Below, in pieces: positions 18,606 to 26,445 of a stretch of DNA of 64,000 nt (positions are counted from its first letter, which is position 1; each line of letters opens with the position of its first letter). The position numbers and the translations under genes were made by a program. The notes under the pieces are model-generated. The model had not been told where the DNA came from. It made no database searches and saw only the letters and a list, made by a program, of their open reading frames with translations. The stretch lies in IMG/VR virus record IMGVR_UViG_3300032288_005424, one strand, 5' to 3'. The stretch comes from a virus.

Positions 18606-18830
18606 ATGCAAACACCAATAAACATTATAGATTGTATCGAGACCGTGGACAATTGGGGAGGTCAAGAAAAGTATTCAACTCAAGAAACGTTCAGACTCTT
18701 AAGTAATCCGGACGAATGGACAGACGACCAAATCTTTCGCGGCCCTGCTGGCGAGAGGTATTTTATAGACGACCTCATCGGAAAGAAAGTCACAGTCGGT
18801 CCAATGACATTTACCGTTCAAGAAGACTAA
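18606..18830 (+). CDS. small protein, tandem paralog 2
   Basis: FRLLSNPDEWTDD...DLIGKKVTVGPMTFTV, similar to 18378..18593. Confidence 0.45.
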   Translation: MQTPINIIDCIETVDNWGGQEKYSTQETFRLLSNPDEWTDDQIFRGPAGERYFIDDLIGKKVTVGPMTFTVQED

Positions 18831-18867
18831 AGATATTTCGAGAAATCGAGATTGGCGACAGGCTAAG

Positions 18868-18955
18868 GCTGCTCAGAAACGGGCAGCTTTTTTTTTGAAA
18901 AAAGTTTAAAATAAATTTTTTAGTGTCAAGTTTTTGTTGTATATTTGCTCTATCA
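18868..18955 (+). promoter_or_regulatory. terminator-promoter cassette F
   Basis: GCTGCtcagaaacggGCAGC plus T9, then GAAAAAAGTTTAAAATAAATTTTTTAGTGTCAAGTTTTTGTTGTATATTTGCTCTATCA. Confidence 0.6.
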
Positions 18956-18980
18956 TTAACCACCTAAATTATTAATCAAC

Positions 18981-19499
18981 ATGGCAAAGAAAATCCAAAC
19001 CACCGAACGCGCTAGCGGAACCTCATTCCACGGAACAGAATTCAGAGCGAGCGCAAACGAAATTATTGCAATCCTTGGCGAACCAACATACAATGACAAC
19101 AACGGCAGAGATAAGGTAAATCTTGAATGGGTATGCGAGACGGACGAAGGAGACGTCTTTACGATCTACGATTGGAAAGAGTATCGTCAAATCGGAATGG
19201 ACGAAAAGATTGATTGGCATATCGGAGGACACAGCGGCCGAGTAACTAAGAAGGCTGTGATGGAGCTTGAGAAGTTTGGAGTGAAGCCTTTGGAAGATAT
19301 GCTATCATTTAACGAATTTTTAAAAGAATCCAAAAAGCACAAACTAAGTATAGGCGATTTGATTGAATTTGATAACGCCGAAGCTAGAATTTATAATGTT
19401 TATACGACTAGAGGCGGTAAAGCCATGTACACAGTCGGCAGCTCAAAACATGGAACCATTGAGATTGAAGCCGAAGACATAGAAAAACAGATAAGGTAG
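18981..19499 (+). CDS. hypothetical protein
   Basis: 172-aa ORF. Confidence 0.5.
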   Translation: MAKKIQTTERASGTSFHGTEFRASANEIIAILGEPTYNDNNGRDKVNLEWVCETDEGDVFTIYDWKEYRQIGMDEKIDWHIGGHSGRVTKKAVMELEKFGVKPLEDMLSFNEFLKESKKHKLSIGDLIEFDNAEARIYNVYTTRGGKAMYTVGSSKHGTIEIEAEDIEKQIR

Positions 19500-19517
19500 A
19501 TTGATTGGATTACAGAA

Positions 19518-19605
19518 GCTGCTCAGAAATGGGCAGCTTTTTTTTTGAAAAAAGTTTAAAATAAATTTTTTTATTTGAGAAATTTGTTGTATATTTACAC
19601 TGTCA
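19518..19605 (+). promoter_or_regulatory. terminator-promoter cassette G (no ORF directly downstream)
   Basis: GCTGCtcagaaatggGCAGC plus T9, then GAAAAAAGTTTAAAATAAATTTTTTTATTTGAGAAATTTGTTGTATATTTACACTGTCA; about 100 nt follow without an ORF before the next cassette. Confidence 0.5.
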
Positions 19606-19708
19606 ATCAAACACTGACGGGACGGTTCGGAACAAGGAAGCGGGAGGTATACTCCGACCTGCACCAGACCTAGCGAGTTGTTAACAACCGAATGTTAATA
19701 ACTTTTTT

Positions 19709-19765
19709 TAAAAAAAGTGAAAATAAATTTTTTGGTTTGAGAAATTTGTTTTATATTTACAATCT
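19709..19765 (+). promoter_or_regulatory. promoter H (sigma-A type)
   Basis: AAAAAAAGTGAAAATAAATTTTTTGGTTTGAGAAATTTGTTTTATATTTACAATC. Confidence 0.55.
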
Positions 19766-19777
19766 AAATTAATCAAT

Positions 19778-20035
19778 ATGCCAACATCATTTCAACCAAT
19801 CGAAGCCCAAACATTACGGGCACAACTACAGACAGGAATTGTAAAATTCTTTTTTGTAAAAAAGGACGGCTCACTTCGTGAAGTCCAAGGAACCACCAAC
19901 TTACGCCACGTGCCGGCCGACAAACATCCTCAAGGCGTACGTCAAACCCCACCAAGCGTTATCACCTTCTGGGATCTCCTAGCGGGCGATTGGCGCAGTG
20001 CGAAAGTAGAAACTCAATTCTTTATTAACCCCTAA
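19778..20035 (+). CDS. small hypothetical protein
   Basis: 85-aa ORF. Confidence 0.45.
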   Translation: MPTSFQPIEAQTLRAQLQTGIVKFFFVKKDGSLREVQGTTNLRHVPADKHPQGVRQTPPSVITFWDLLAGDWRSAKVETQFFINP

Positions 20036-20047
20036 ACCCCACACATC

Positions 20048-20233
20048 ATGGTAACACAAGAAGCAATAGATGAAGCAATCAAAATATTCGGCGAGGACGT
20101 CGTTTATCAAGCAATGGAAGTCGTAGCAATGTCGGATCCCGATGGAGCCTACGCAATGTTCGAGGACATGGGCCAATTCGAAATGGCTGAAGCTGTAGAG
20201 TTTCTTTATTTCGACGGCTCTGCTGACGACTAA
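20048..20233 (+). CDS. small acidic protein
   Basis: 61-aa ORF. Confidence 0.4.
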   Translation: MVTQEAIDEAIKIFGEDVVYQAMEVVAMSDPDGAYAMFEDMGQFEMAEAVEFLYFDGSADD

Positions 20234-20283
20234 AATAGATAAAACTGTAGTACATTAGTCTTAACAATCAAATCAAAAGTAAT

Positions 20284-21414
20284 ATGCAAGAACGTATCGG
20301 TAAAAAAGAATTAGTAGTAAGAGACTTCTTTGAAGCTCAACACGGTGGTCGCGTGCCGCAACTAACCGTTCAACAATTGTACACCCAATTCATGACGCAG
20401 TCGACGGACGCCTCGGGCATCTCGTACGGTCTCTTCAATGGGGTAATCAAGAAGCTGCGCTTCGAAACGGGAGACTCCCTAGTCCCAGGCCCAGGCCAAA
20501 GCACGATAGCTAGAGCCACGGCTGGAGCACAGGCTGACTCCGTAGTAGAAATCAGCGATGAACCCGAGATCTTCGAGATTGGCTCAATGGAGTTTCCTAA
20601 CTTCCGCAAGTTCAAGACCGGCTCGGTGTTCGATCAATTAATGTCGGATCATGACGAGGCCGGCGGTATTTTCTCGGGCACGGCTAATATTGTAATCGGC
20701 GAGTCAGGTGTAGGTAAGTCAACCGTAACCTTGGACATGCTTGCCAAGATCAAGCAGCAGGACCCAACCGCCAAGATCTTGTACATCTCAAGCGAAATGA
20801 CTCGTAACGATCTATTCTTCTATTACAGAAAGATGCCGATCATCGAGACCATTCCTACTCTCTTGGTAATGGATTACCTAATGGGTCGTTTCGATAAGAC
20901 CTTAGAGAAGGCGATCAACGGCGACTATGACGTTATCCTAATTGACTCTCACCAAGACATTATTGTCAAGCTGAAAGACGTGCTTGGCTGGAAGTCTACC
21001 AAGGCCGAGACATGGTTAACCAACCTGATTATCGAAGCCGCTGACAAGAAAGGTAAAGCAATCTTCGCGATCCAACACATGACTAAGGGCGGTGAGTATG
21101 TCGGTTCAACCTACCTCAAGCACGCCACGACCTCAATGATGGAGATCAAGTTCGACGACGCGGGTCGCAGGTTCGTAGAGTTCTCGAAGAACCGCCGAGG
21201 CGGTAGCCTAGTCGGCAAGCGCTTGTACTACTCCCTAGTCCAAGGTGAGGTACGTTGGGACGAGGCCGCATGGAGACAGGAGACCGTGGTTAGCGAGTTG
21301 GCCGAGCAAGAGTCAGAACGCCGCCAACACTTGGAGGGCCAGTTCAACTCTCTGTTCCTAAGCGTTAAGAGACCCCAAACTGATGCAGAGAACGCTGAAA
21401 CTGCAGCAGAATAG
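20284..21414 (+). CDS. RecA-superfamily ATPase, RadA/Sms-like
   Basis: Walker A VIGESGVGKSTVTL; KNRRGG resembles the RadA KNRFG motif; hydrophobic strand plus D (ILIDSHQD) as Walker B; two GC-rich patches with ACTCCCTAGT. Confidence 0.5.
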   Translation: MQERIGKKELVVRDFFEAQHGGRVPQLTVQQLYTQFMTQSTDASGISYGLFNGVIKKLRFETGDSLVPGPGQSTIARATAGAQADSVVEISDEPEIFEIGSMEFPNFRKFKTGSVFDQLMSDHDEAGGIFSGTANIVIGESGVGKSTVTLDMLAKIKQQDPTAKILYISSEMTRNDLFFYYRKMPIIETIPTLLVMDYLMGRFDKTLEKAINGDYDVILIDSHQDIIVKLKDVLGWKSTKAETWLTNLIIEAADKKGKAIFAIQHMTKGGEYVGSTYLKHATTSMMEIKFDDAGRRFVEFSKNRRGGSLVGKRLYYSLVQGEVRWDEAAWRQETVVSELAEQESERRQHLEGQFNSLFLSVKRPQTDAENAETAAE

Positions 21415-21470
21415 TCGGAAACTTCAGCACATAATTTAGTATATTAACCCAATAAAATAAATCAATAGAC

Positions 21471-22589
21471 ATGATAAGCCAATCAGAATTCAATCAGATC
21501 AAATCAGACCTAAGCGGCAACGACCCCTTGGTAAAGCGAGTGAAGTTGTCAGACATCCAGTTGGACGACAACTCAATCAAACATAACCACATCGAGATCG
21601 AGGGATCACGAGTTCCGGTGTCGGATAAGTTCTTCAATCGTCTGGGCCAGATGGTAAACATCAACACCGGCCTAATCACGAAGATGAATAAGAACTCGGA
21701 CAAGGAGATCGAGACCAAGCTCTTACAGGCGGTTAAGTCCTATTCAGAAACCCGTGATGGTAATAAAGAGTTTCTCTTAATCGGCGACTCTACGAGCCAT
21801 CAGGTAACCAACATCGTGAAGGGAGACAAGTATAACAGATTATCTAATGATACGCTGTTCGCTACCGCAGAGACCATCCTAAACGAGATCCCGGACATGC
21901 ACGTTGAGTCAATCGACCGTGGCGGTCCAGGCGGATTATCCATTAACATGATCCATGGCAGCCAGATAGGTTACGAGAAGATCGGTAAGGACGAGGTATT
22001 CCGTTTCGGTATCTCTCTTGTAAACGGCCAGACAGTAAGCCGAGTTGACGACTTCTTCTATCGCTTGGCCTGTGCCAACGGAGCGGTAGCTCGCAACATG
22101 GACACCGCGTTCCAATTCGGTCAGGGTCAGGACGCCTTCCGCAAGTTGCTCGAGCAGATGCAAGGTTGGGCAAAGAACGGCTTCGTACCTAAGACCTTCC
22201 AAGACAGGTTGGAAAGAGCCATGACCACCAAGGCAAGCTACTCAGAATTGGAGAGAGCCTTGTACTCAGTAACCGGTGCAATCCAAGAGAACGACCCTAA
22301 CTTCAAGGCCCACTTGATCAAGAACGCAGAGTCTCAATTCTTTCCAGAGTTCGATGCAACCACGAAGCGTATCTTCCGTAAGGGTTACAATCCGCTACAG
22401 TTGACAGACGCTCAAAAGAAGTTCATCAAGACAGATGCTACAATCTGGGACGTTGTTAACGAGTTGACATGGATCGGTTCTCACGATACTGTCTTCAACT
22501 TAAAGAACCATAAAGGTTTCAAGGTAGAGGGTGGTAATCTATTCGCTAAGAGCTGGGATCTAGAACACGCAGGTCTAGCTACAATCTAA
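21471..22589 (+). CDS. hypothetical protein
   Basis: 372-aa ORF; TATATT box at 21440-21445. Confidence 0.5.
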   Translation: MISQSEFNQIKSDLSGNDPLVKRVKLSDIQLDDNSIKHNHIEIEGSRVPVSDKFFNRLGQMVNINTGLITKMNKNSDKEIETKLLQAVKSYSETRDGNKEFLLIGDSTSHQVTNIVKGDKYNRLSNDTLFATAETILNEIPDMHVESIDRGGPGGLSINMIHGSQIGYEKIGKDEVFRFGISLVNGQTVSRVDDFFYRLACANGAVARNMDTAFQFGQGQDAFRKLLEQMQGWAKNGFVPKTFQDRLERAMTTKASYSELERALYSVTGAIQENDPNFKAHLIKNAESQFFPEFDATTKRIFRKGYNPLQLTDAQKKFIKTDATIWDVVNELTWIGSHDTVFNLKNHKGFKVEGGNLFAKSWDLEHAGLATI

Positions 22590-22618
22590 GCCTTAAACAA
22601 ACTATCTATAACCGGAAA

Positions 22619-22648
22619 GGGGTCCTCACAAGGGACCCCTTTTTTTTG
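22619..22648 (+). terminator. rho-independent terminator
   Basis: GGGGTCCtcacaaGGGACCCC plus T9. Confidence 0.65.
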
Positions 22649-22761
22649 TGTTTAGTAAAACCTTAAACTCAATCCAAGTATAAGACTACTGTAGCTGATT
22701 AAACAGCTTTTCATTTTTACGACTGATGGATGGGCTTCCTAATAAGGAGCCCATTCGTCGT

Positions 22762-22905
22762 TTAGCCCTGGCCGACATTGCGCTTCACGTAGTTCTTGGA
22801 GCTCTTGTTGTTAGAGGTCTTAGACTTCGCGTGCACGCCGGGCCTGCTCACTTTAGTCTTTAGTCTAAAGGTCGAGGCAGCCGAGGTTTTAGTTGATTTA
22901 GCCAT
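22762..22905 (-). CDS. small Lys-rich basic protein (47 aa)
   Basis: MAKSTKTSAASTFRLKTKVSRPGVHAKSKTSNNKSSKNYVKRNVGQG read from the minus strand inside the GC-rich island; possibly a DNA-binding protein. Confidence 0.3.
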   Translation of the reverse strand: MAKSTKTSAASTFRLKTKVSRPGVHAKSKTSNNKSSKNYVKRNVGQG

Positions 22906-23035
22906 TGAGAGATTATGATTTATTGTTATTTAACCCAAAAACCGTGCCTCCCCCGGTGAGCTCTGGAGTTGAGCCCCCAGGCCATGGGGATTCGGGTCAC
23001 AAGTACCTTCATCGCCCCCAAATAAATAAACCAGT

Positions 23036-23485
23036 ATGACAAAGACACTAGCGCAAAAGGATTTAGACTTCATCAGATTCTGCATAGCAGAATTAGGGAT
23101 AACCACCGCTCCCAACATCAGGGTCGGGGATGACCACTCAAAGGCCCAAGACCGGAGAGCAATGGGTTACTACAGTCCCAAGGATAATTACATTTGGGTG
23201 CTAAGGGGCCAGCGAATCCCGGCTGACTGGTACCGAACCCTAGCCCATGAGCTTGTGCATTGGCGCCAACGCGAAGAGGGTAAGCCATTGGACGGGGCGG
23301 ACGGTAGCGAGATCGAGAATGAAGCTAACTCCAAGGCAGCGGTGCTCCTACGCGAATGGGGCCGCCGTTACGAACACATTTACGTGCTGGACGAGGACGA
23401 GCCCCAGATTCCAGTAGGCACTGACCTGCCTTTCGATGGCGGTGGTAGCCTGGCCGGCGAGCCAATGGTTCCATTCTCTCTCTAA
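23036..23485 (+). CDS. HExxH motif protein (putative Zn peptidase, ImmA/IrrE-like?)
   Basis: LAHELVHW motif; ~58% GC; converges on and overlaps the recombinase gene by 4 nt. Confidence 0.4.
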   Translation: MTKTLAQKDLDFIRFCIAELGITTAPNIRVGDDHSKAQDRRAMGYYSPKDNYIWVLRGQRIPADWYRTLAHELVHWRQREEGKPLDGADGSEIENEANSKAAVLLREWGRRYEHIYVLDEDEPQIPVGTDLPFDGGGSLAGEPMVPFSL

Positions 23486-24105
23486 TCCCCAATCAAGCGG
23501 CGGGACTCCAGGATGAGATCCGCTAGATCCGACTTTAACTCTTCCCGCATCTCTTCAGTTGTTAGGTGCTTGCTAACTACATGCAGCTCGACACCGTGCC
23601 AGGTCAGGAATCTCTCTATGATCTCTTGGCCAGCAAAGCGCGCGATCCTGTCAGGGGTCTCGACGACAATCATTGAGACCTGCTTGCGCAGTACCCCGTC
23701 CATGATCTTGTCCAGGCCGGACCTGCCAGCTAGGGTACCCGCGCGCCCAACATCTTCAATGACCCGGTCGACCCGGACCCCGGCCGCCGCACAGTACTTC
23801 AGGACCCGCTCGGTCTGGGCCGCGAGTCTGGCCTTGGCCCCTTTACCCAACGTGTGGTTTCCCTCGATCGGAGCGGATCGCGTGTAAACCCATACCTCTC
23901 GGGACTGGGGCAGCCTACTCCCTAGTAACTTAAGTAGGTCCTGCTTGTCGTAGTAGGTCCGGCCATTGACCTGATTCTTCCAGTTCTGCAGCCTGCCGTC
24001 GGCGACATAGCGGTCCAGGGTCTTGAGCGAGACCCCCAAGAACTGGGCGGCCTCCTTCTTGTACACGAGCTCCCCGGTCGGGAAGGTTCTAGTTTCTTGT
24101 TCCAT
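23482..24105 (-). CDS. IS607-family-like serine recombinase (N-terminal MerR-like HTH plus resolvase catalytic domain)
   Basis: N-terminal HTH (AAQFLGVSLKTLDRYVADGRL) followed by resolvase motifs VWVYTRSAP...DRVIEDVGRAGTLAGRSGLDKI...VSMIVVETPDRIARF...GVELHVV; HTH-first order as in IS607 TnpA; ~65% GC; start set at MEQETRT (track gives 24270). Confidence 0.55.
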   Translation of the reverse strand: MEQETRTFPTGELVYKKEAAQFLGVSLKTLDRYVADGRLQNWKNQVNGRTYYDKQDLLKLLGSRLPQSREVWVYTRSAPIEGNHTLGKGAKARLAAQTERVLKYCAAAGVRVDRVIEDVGRAGTLAGRSGLDKIMDGVLRKQVSMIVVETPDRIARFAGQEIIERFLTWHGVELHVVSKHLTTEEMREELKSDLADLILESRRLIGD

Positions 24106-24400
24106 GAGATTATTTATCAGGCCGGGTCCGTGGACTCTCGAGACATTCCCGGGCCCGGTGTCCCGCGGTGTCCGTATATGTCCCGAGTCGTGGGGCCCTC
24201 GCGACCCAGGGCAGCAGGTCCCAGGGCCCGGGGCCGGGCTCGCCGTACTCCGTAGTCCCCAGGTCCGCACAGTAGGTACCCCTTGGGCGTGGCTGGCCGG
24301 TTTACTCCCTAGTCCCGGGTAGGACCGCAGAGGGCCGTGGCAGCCCCCGGACCGGTGGTCGGCTGGGGCCCGGCTATCGGGCCCGGCTTGAGCGAGATTG

Positions 24401-24415
24401 GGTATACTAGCCTAT
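24401..24415 (+). promoter_or_regulatory. class-2 box GGTATACTAG 7 nt before a 29-aa membrane peptide ORF
   Basis: GGTATACTAGCCTAT then ATG (24416) MKRAGIRFDWAWPIVLVVVLASIIIFFIA. Confidence 0.35.
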
Positions 24416-24632
24416 ATGAAAAGAGCAGGGATAAGATTTGATTGGGCATGGCCTATAGTGCTGGTGGTAGTGTTGGCTTCTATAATAATCTTTTTTATAG
24501 CATAGGTAGACTGGGTAGGTTTACTAGACTAGGTAGGTTTAGTAGCTAGAGTAATCTCTTTACTTTTGGGTGTAGGGCGCGCCTCGGTGTTTTTGAGCGA
24601 GAAAAGGTCCACGGCCCGGCGAGCTCGGGTCT

Positions 24633-24647
24633 GGGTATAATAGACTC
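24633..24647 (+). promoter_or_regulatory. class-2 box GGGTATAATAG just upstream of the tRNA-like element
   Basis: TATAAT at 24635-24640; a TSS ~7 nt downstream would precede the element at 24651. Confidence 0.4.
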
Positions 24648-24650
24648 TAT

Positions 24651-24772
24651 AGTCAGGTGGCGGAACGGTAGACGCAACAAGTAAGCTAATGGAAAGTGTA
24701 CAATTCCATGAGGCCATTAATTCCGAGATGTAAGAGAAGTACATCGTGCCCGTTCGAATCGGGTCCTGACCA
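24651..24772 (+). ncRNA. tRNA-like element with a ~35-50 nt insertion in the anticodon region (pseudo-tRNA or unusual RNA)
   Basis: 5' AGTCAGG-TG-GCG-GAACGGTAGA-CGC (acceptor, U8, D-arm with GG) and 3' GCCCG-TTCGAAT-CGGGT-CCTGACC-A (T-arm plus acceptor pairing 6/7); the middle is 72 nt instead of 22-39. Confidence 0.3.
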
Positions 24773-24791
24773 CTAATACAAATAGATCAAC

Positions 24792-24977
24792 ATGAAAGAA
24801 CAAAAAGTACTCGTGACCGGCGATCAGGGCTCGCATGAGGTGCAGGCCAAGGTCGATGCCCTACTCGTGGAGGGTTGGCAGGTGGTGTCGGTCACCGCAC
24901 AGCACGTTTCCACAGGTTCAAGCCAGTTCTTTAGGGGCGGTTACTTCATCGTCTTTGAACGGGCGGCCGCCGAATAA
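24792..24977 (+). CDS. small hypothetical protein
   Basis: 61-aa ORF, GC-rich. Confidence 0.4.
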   Translation: MKEQKVLVTGDQGSHEVQAKVDALLVEGWQVVSVTAQHVSTGSSQFFRGGYFIVFERAAAE

Positions 24978-24985
24978 ATAACTCT

Positions 24986-25477
24986 ATGAAGTATATCAAA
25001 CTATTCGAGGAACTTGCCTCTGACCTGCCTACTCTAAGGGACGTGATCGACAATAACCCCGACGATTTCGAAGATTTTAGGTCCGCTGCGGTAGAGACCG
25101 CCTCGGCGCTTGGCCTCAAGCTCTCCGGCGAGGACAGCGAACTACAGGACATGGGGCTCATTGATGACGAGGCCCTGTTCGACCGGCTCGAGTTTGATCG
25201 TGTTAAGCTCGTCTTTAACATTACCGAACTTACCCATGCTGATGCTCCAAGGCTCAGGGCCCTGGTGCAAAAGTTTCCTGGCCTCTTCACGCTTGATTAC
25301 GATGAGATTAGGCCCGCCCGCAAAGCTGTTCCAAACAAGACTATAGACCCTGAGGTTGACCTCGAGCCCGGCGAGCCGGTGGACGTCATCGTGTGGAAGG
25401 ACCAGGCTGGCAATACCGCGGTCCAGTGGGAGAGCTACTACAATAACATGTGGTTCATGCTGGACTCAGCACTTTAA
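24986..25477 (+). CDS. CTS-like N-terminus protein, tandem paralog 1
   Basis: MKYIKLFEELASD; ~52% GC; similar throughout to 25499..26017. Confidence 0.55.
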   Translation: MKYIKLFEELASDLPTLRDVIDNNPDDFEDFRSAAVETASALGLKLSGEDSELQDMGLIDDEALFDRLEFDRVKLVFNITELTHADAPRLRALVQKFPGLFTLDYDEIRPARKAVPNKTIDPEVDLEPGEPVDVIVWKDQAGNTAVQWESYYNNMWFMLDSAL

Positions 25478-25498
25478 AAAAAAGAATAATAAACCCAA

Positions 25499-26017
25499 AT
25501 GAAATACCTTAAGATATTCGAAGAATTCAATAATTCAGAACTTGCAACTCTACAGGACGTGCTCAATCCGGACCATTATAACGGGGATGACGGTCGCCTT
25601 GAGATGTACTCAGAGGCTGCGCTTGAGACCTGTAAGATGCTTGGCGTTGCACTACCTCCGGAGTTCGCAGAGATCAATGATCTTGGTCTCATTGACCAGC
25701 ATGACCTCATGGACAGCTTACCGCTGGACTCTGTGGTTGAGGTCTTTAACATACTGGCTCTCACCCACCAGAACGAGCCGAGAGTTCGTGAATTCTGCCG
25801 CCGCTTTCCTGGTATACTAGCATACGATCCGGACACCGACGAGTATCGTCGACCTGAGAGTTCACGACAGCTTGAAGAGATCTTTATTGACTCGCCGGAA
25901 TACTGGGACGAGGTTAGGGTGGTGCTCTTTGAGGACAAGAACGGGCTGAGAGCGGTTGAATGGGAGGACCAAGACTATCTAGGCTACTTCATGCTTAGAC
26001 GGGACCTTGAAAAATAA
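25499..26017 (+). CDS. CTS-like N-terminus protein, tandem paralog 2
   Basis: MKYLKIFEEFNNSE; shares LGLID...ALTH...FPG with 24986..25477. Confidence 0.55.
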   Translation: MKYLKIFEEFNNSELATLQDVLNPDHYNGDDGRLEMYSEAALETCKMLGVALPPEFAEINDLGLIDQHDLMDSLPLDSVVEVFNILALTHQNEPRVREFCRRFPGILAYDPDTDEYRRPESSRQLEEIFIDSPEYWDEVRVVLFEDKNGLRAVEWEDQDYLGYFMLRRDLEK

Positions 26018-26043
26018 ATAATCTTGTAAAAAAAGAAACTCAC

Positions 26044-26334
26044 ATGAAGAAATTAATTAAAGGATTTCAACAATTCGTCAATGAAGCATCAGTTAATGAG
26101 ACCAAGTTAAAAAAGGACGTTGAAGAGCATTTTCACTATCCGGATGAAGACGCCGCTGATCAAGAGGCTTCTAGCAAAAGACGCAAAATTATGGATGAGC
26201 CGTATTCTGACGACGAAGACTACTCAGGAATGCGTAGTGTTATGAGAAAAAGATACAATAAAGATATGGGCATTTCTGATGATGAAGGCTCTGCTAAATC
26301 ACAAAAGATGACTAACCTCAGAAACCGTCGTTAA
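26044..26334 (+). CDS. CTS-like N-terminus small acidic protein
   Basis: MKKLIKGFQQFVNEASVNE. Confidence 0.5.
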   Translation: MKKLIKGFQQFVNEASVNETKLKKDVEEHFHYPDEDAADQEASSKRRKIMDEPYSDDEDYSGMRSVMRKRYNKDMGISDDEGSAKSQKMTNLRNRR

Positions 26335-26372
26335 TTACACGTATAATTAAAAACACTTTCATTTAATACTTG

Positions 26373-26402
26373 GGACCCGTACTTCACGGGTCTTTTTTTT
26401 TT
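26373..26402 (+). terminator. rho-independent terminator
   Basis: GGGACCCGTacttcACGGGTC plus T11. Confidence 0.65.
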
Positions 26403-26445
26403 GCCCGAACGGCTGGACGATAAATAACAATAAACTGGAATTCCA

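Noticed and set aside
12600-19770. Possibility that the repeated ~60-nt units form a CRISPR array
   Set aside because: The repeats are separated by 0.5-2 kb coding intervals, not by 30-40 nt spacers. Each contains promoter hexamers and is preceded by a terminator hairpin. No cas genes are present. These are promoter cassettes, not CRISPR repeats.
22650-24450. Calling the GC-rich block a complete IS607 insertion sequence
   Set aside because: No tnpB/OrfB-like ORF and no recognisable terminal repeats could be identified by eye. Only the TnpA-like recombinase is supported.
24529-24744. Track ORF 24529..24744 (-)
   Set aside because: It covers the tandem TAGGTAGGTTTA repeats, the TATAAT box and the 5' half of the tRNA-like element. 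It is more parsimonious as a regulatory or RNA region.
24651-24772. Calling the tRNA-like element a bona fide intron-containing tRNA
   Set aside because: The ~35-50 extra nucleotides are too short for a bacterial group I intron and cannot be folded into a canonical 7-nt anticodon loop by eye. Kept only as a tRNA-like or pseudo-tRNA pending covariance-model analysis.
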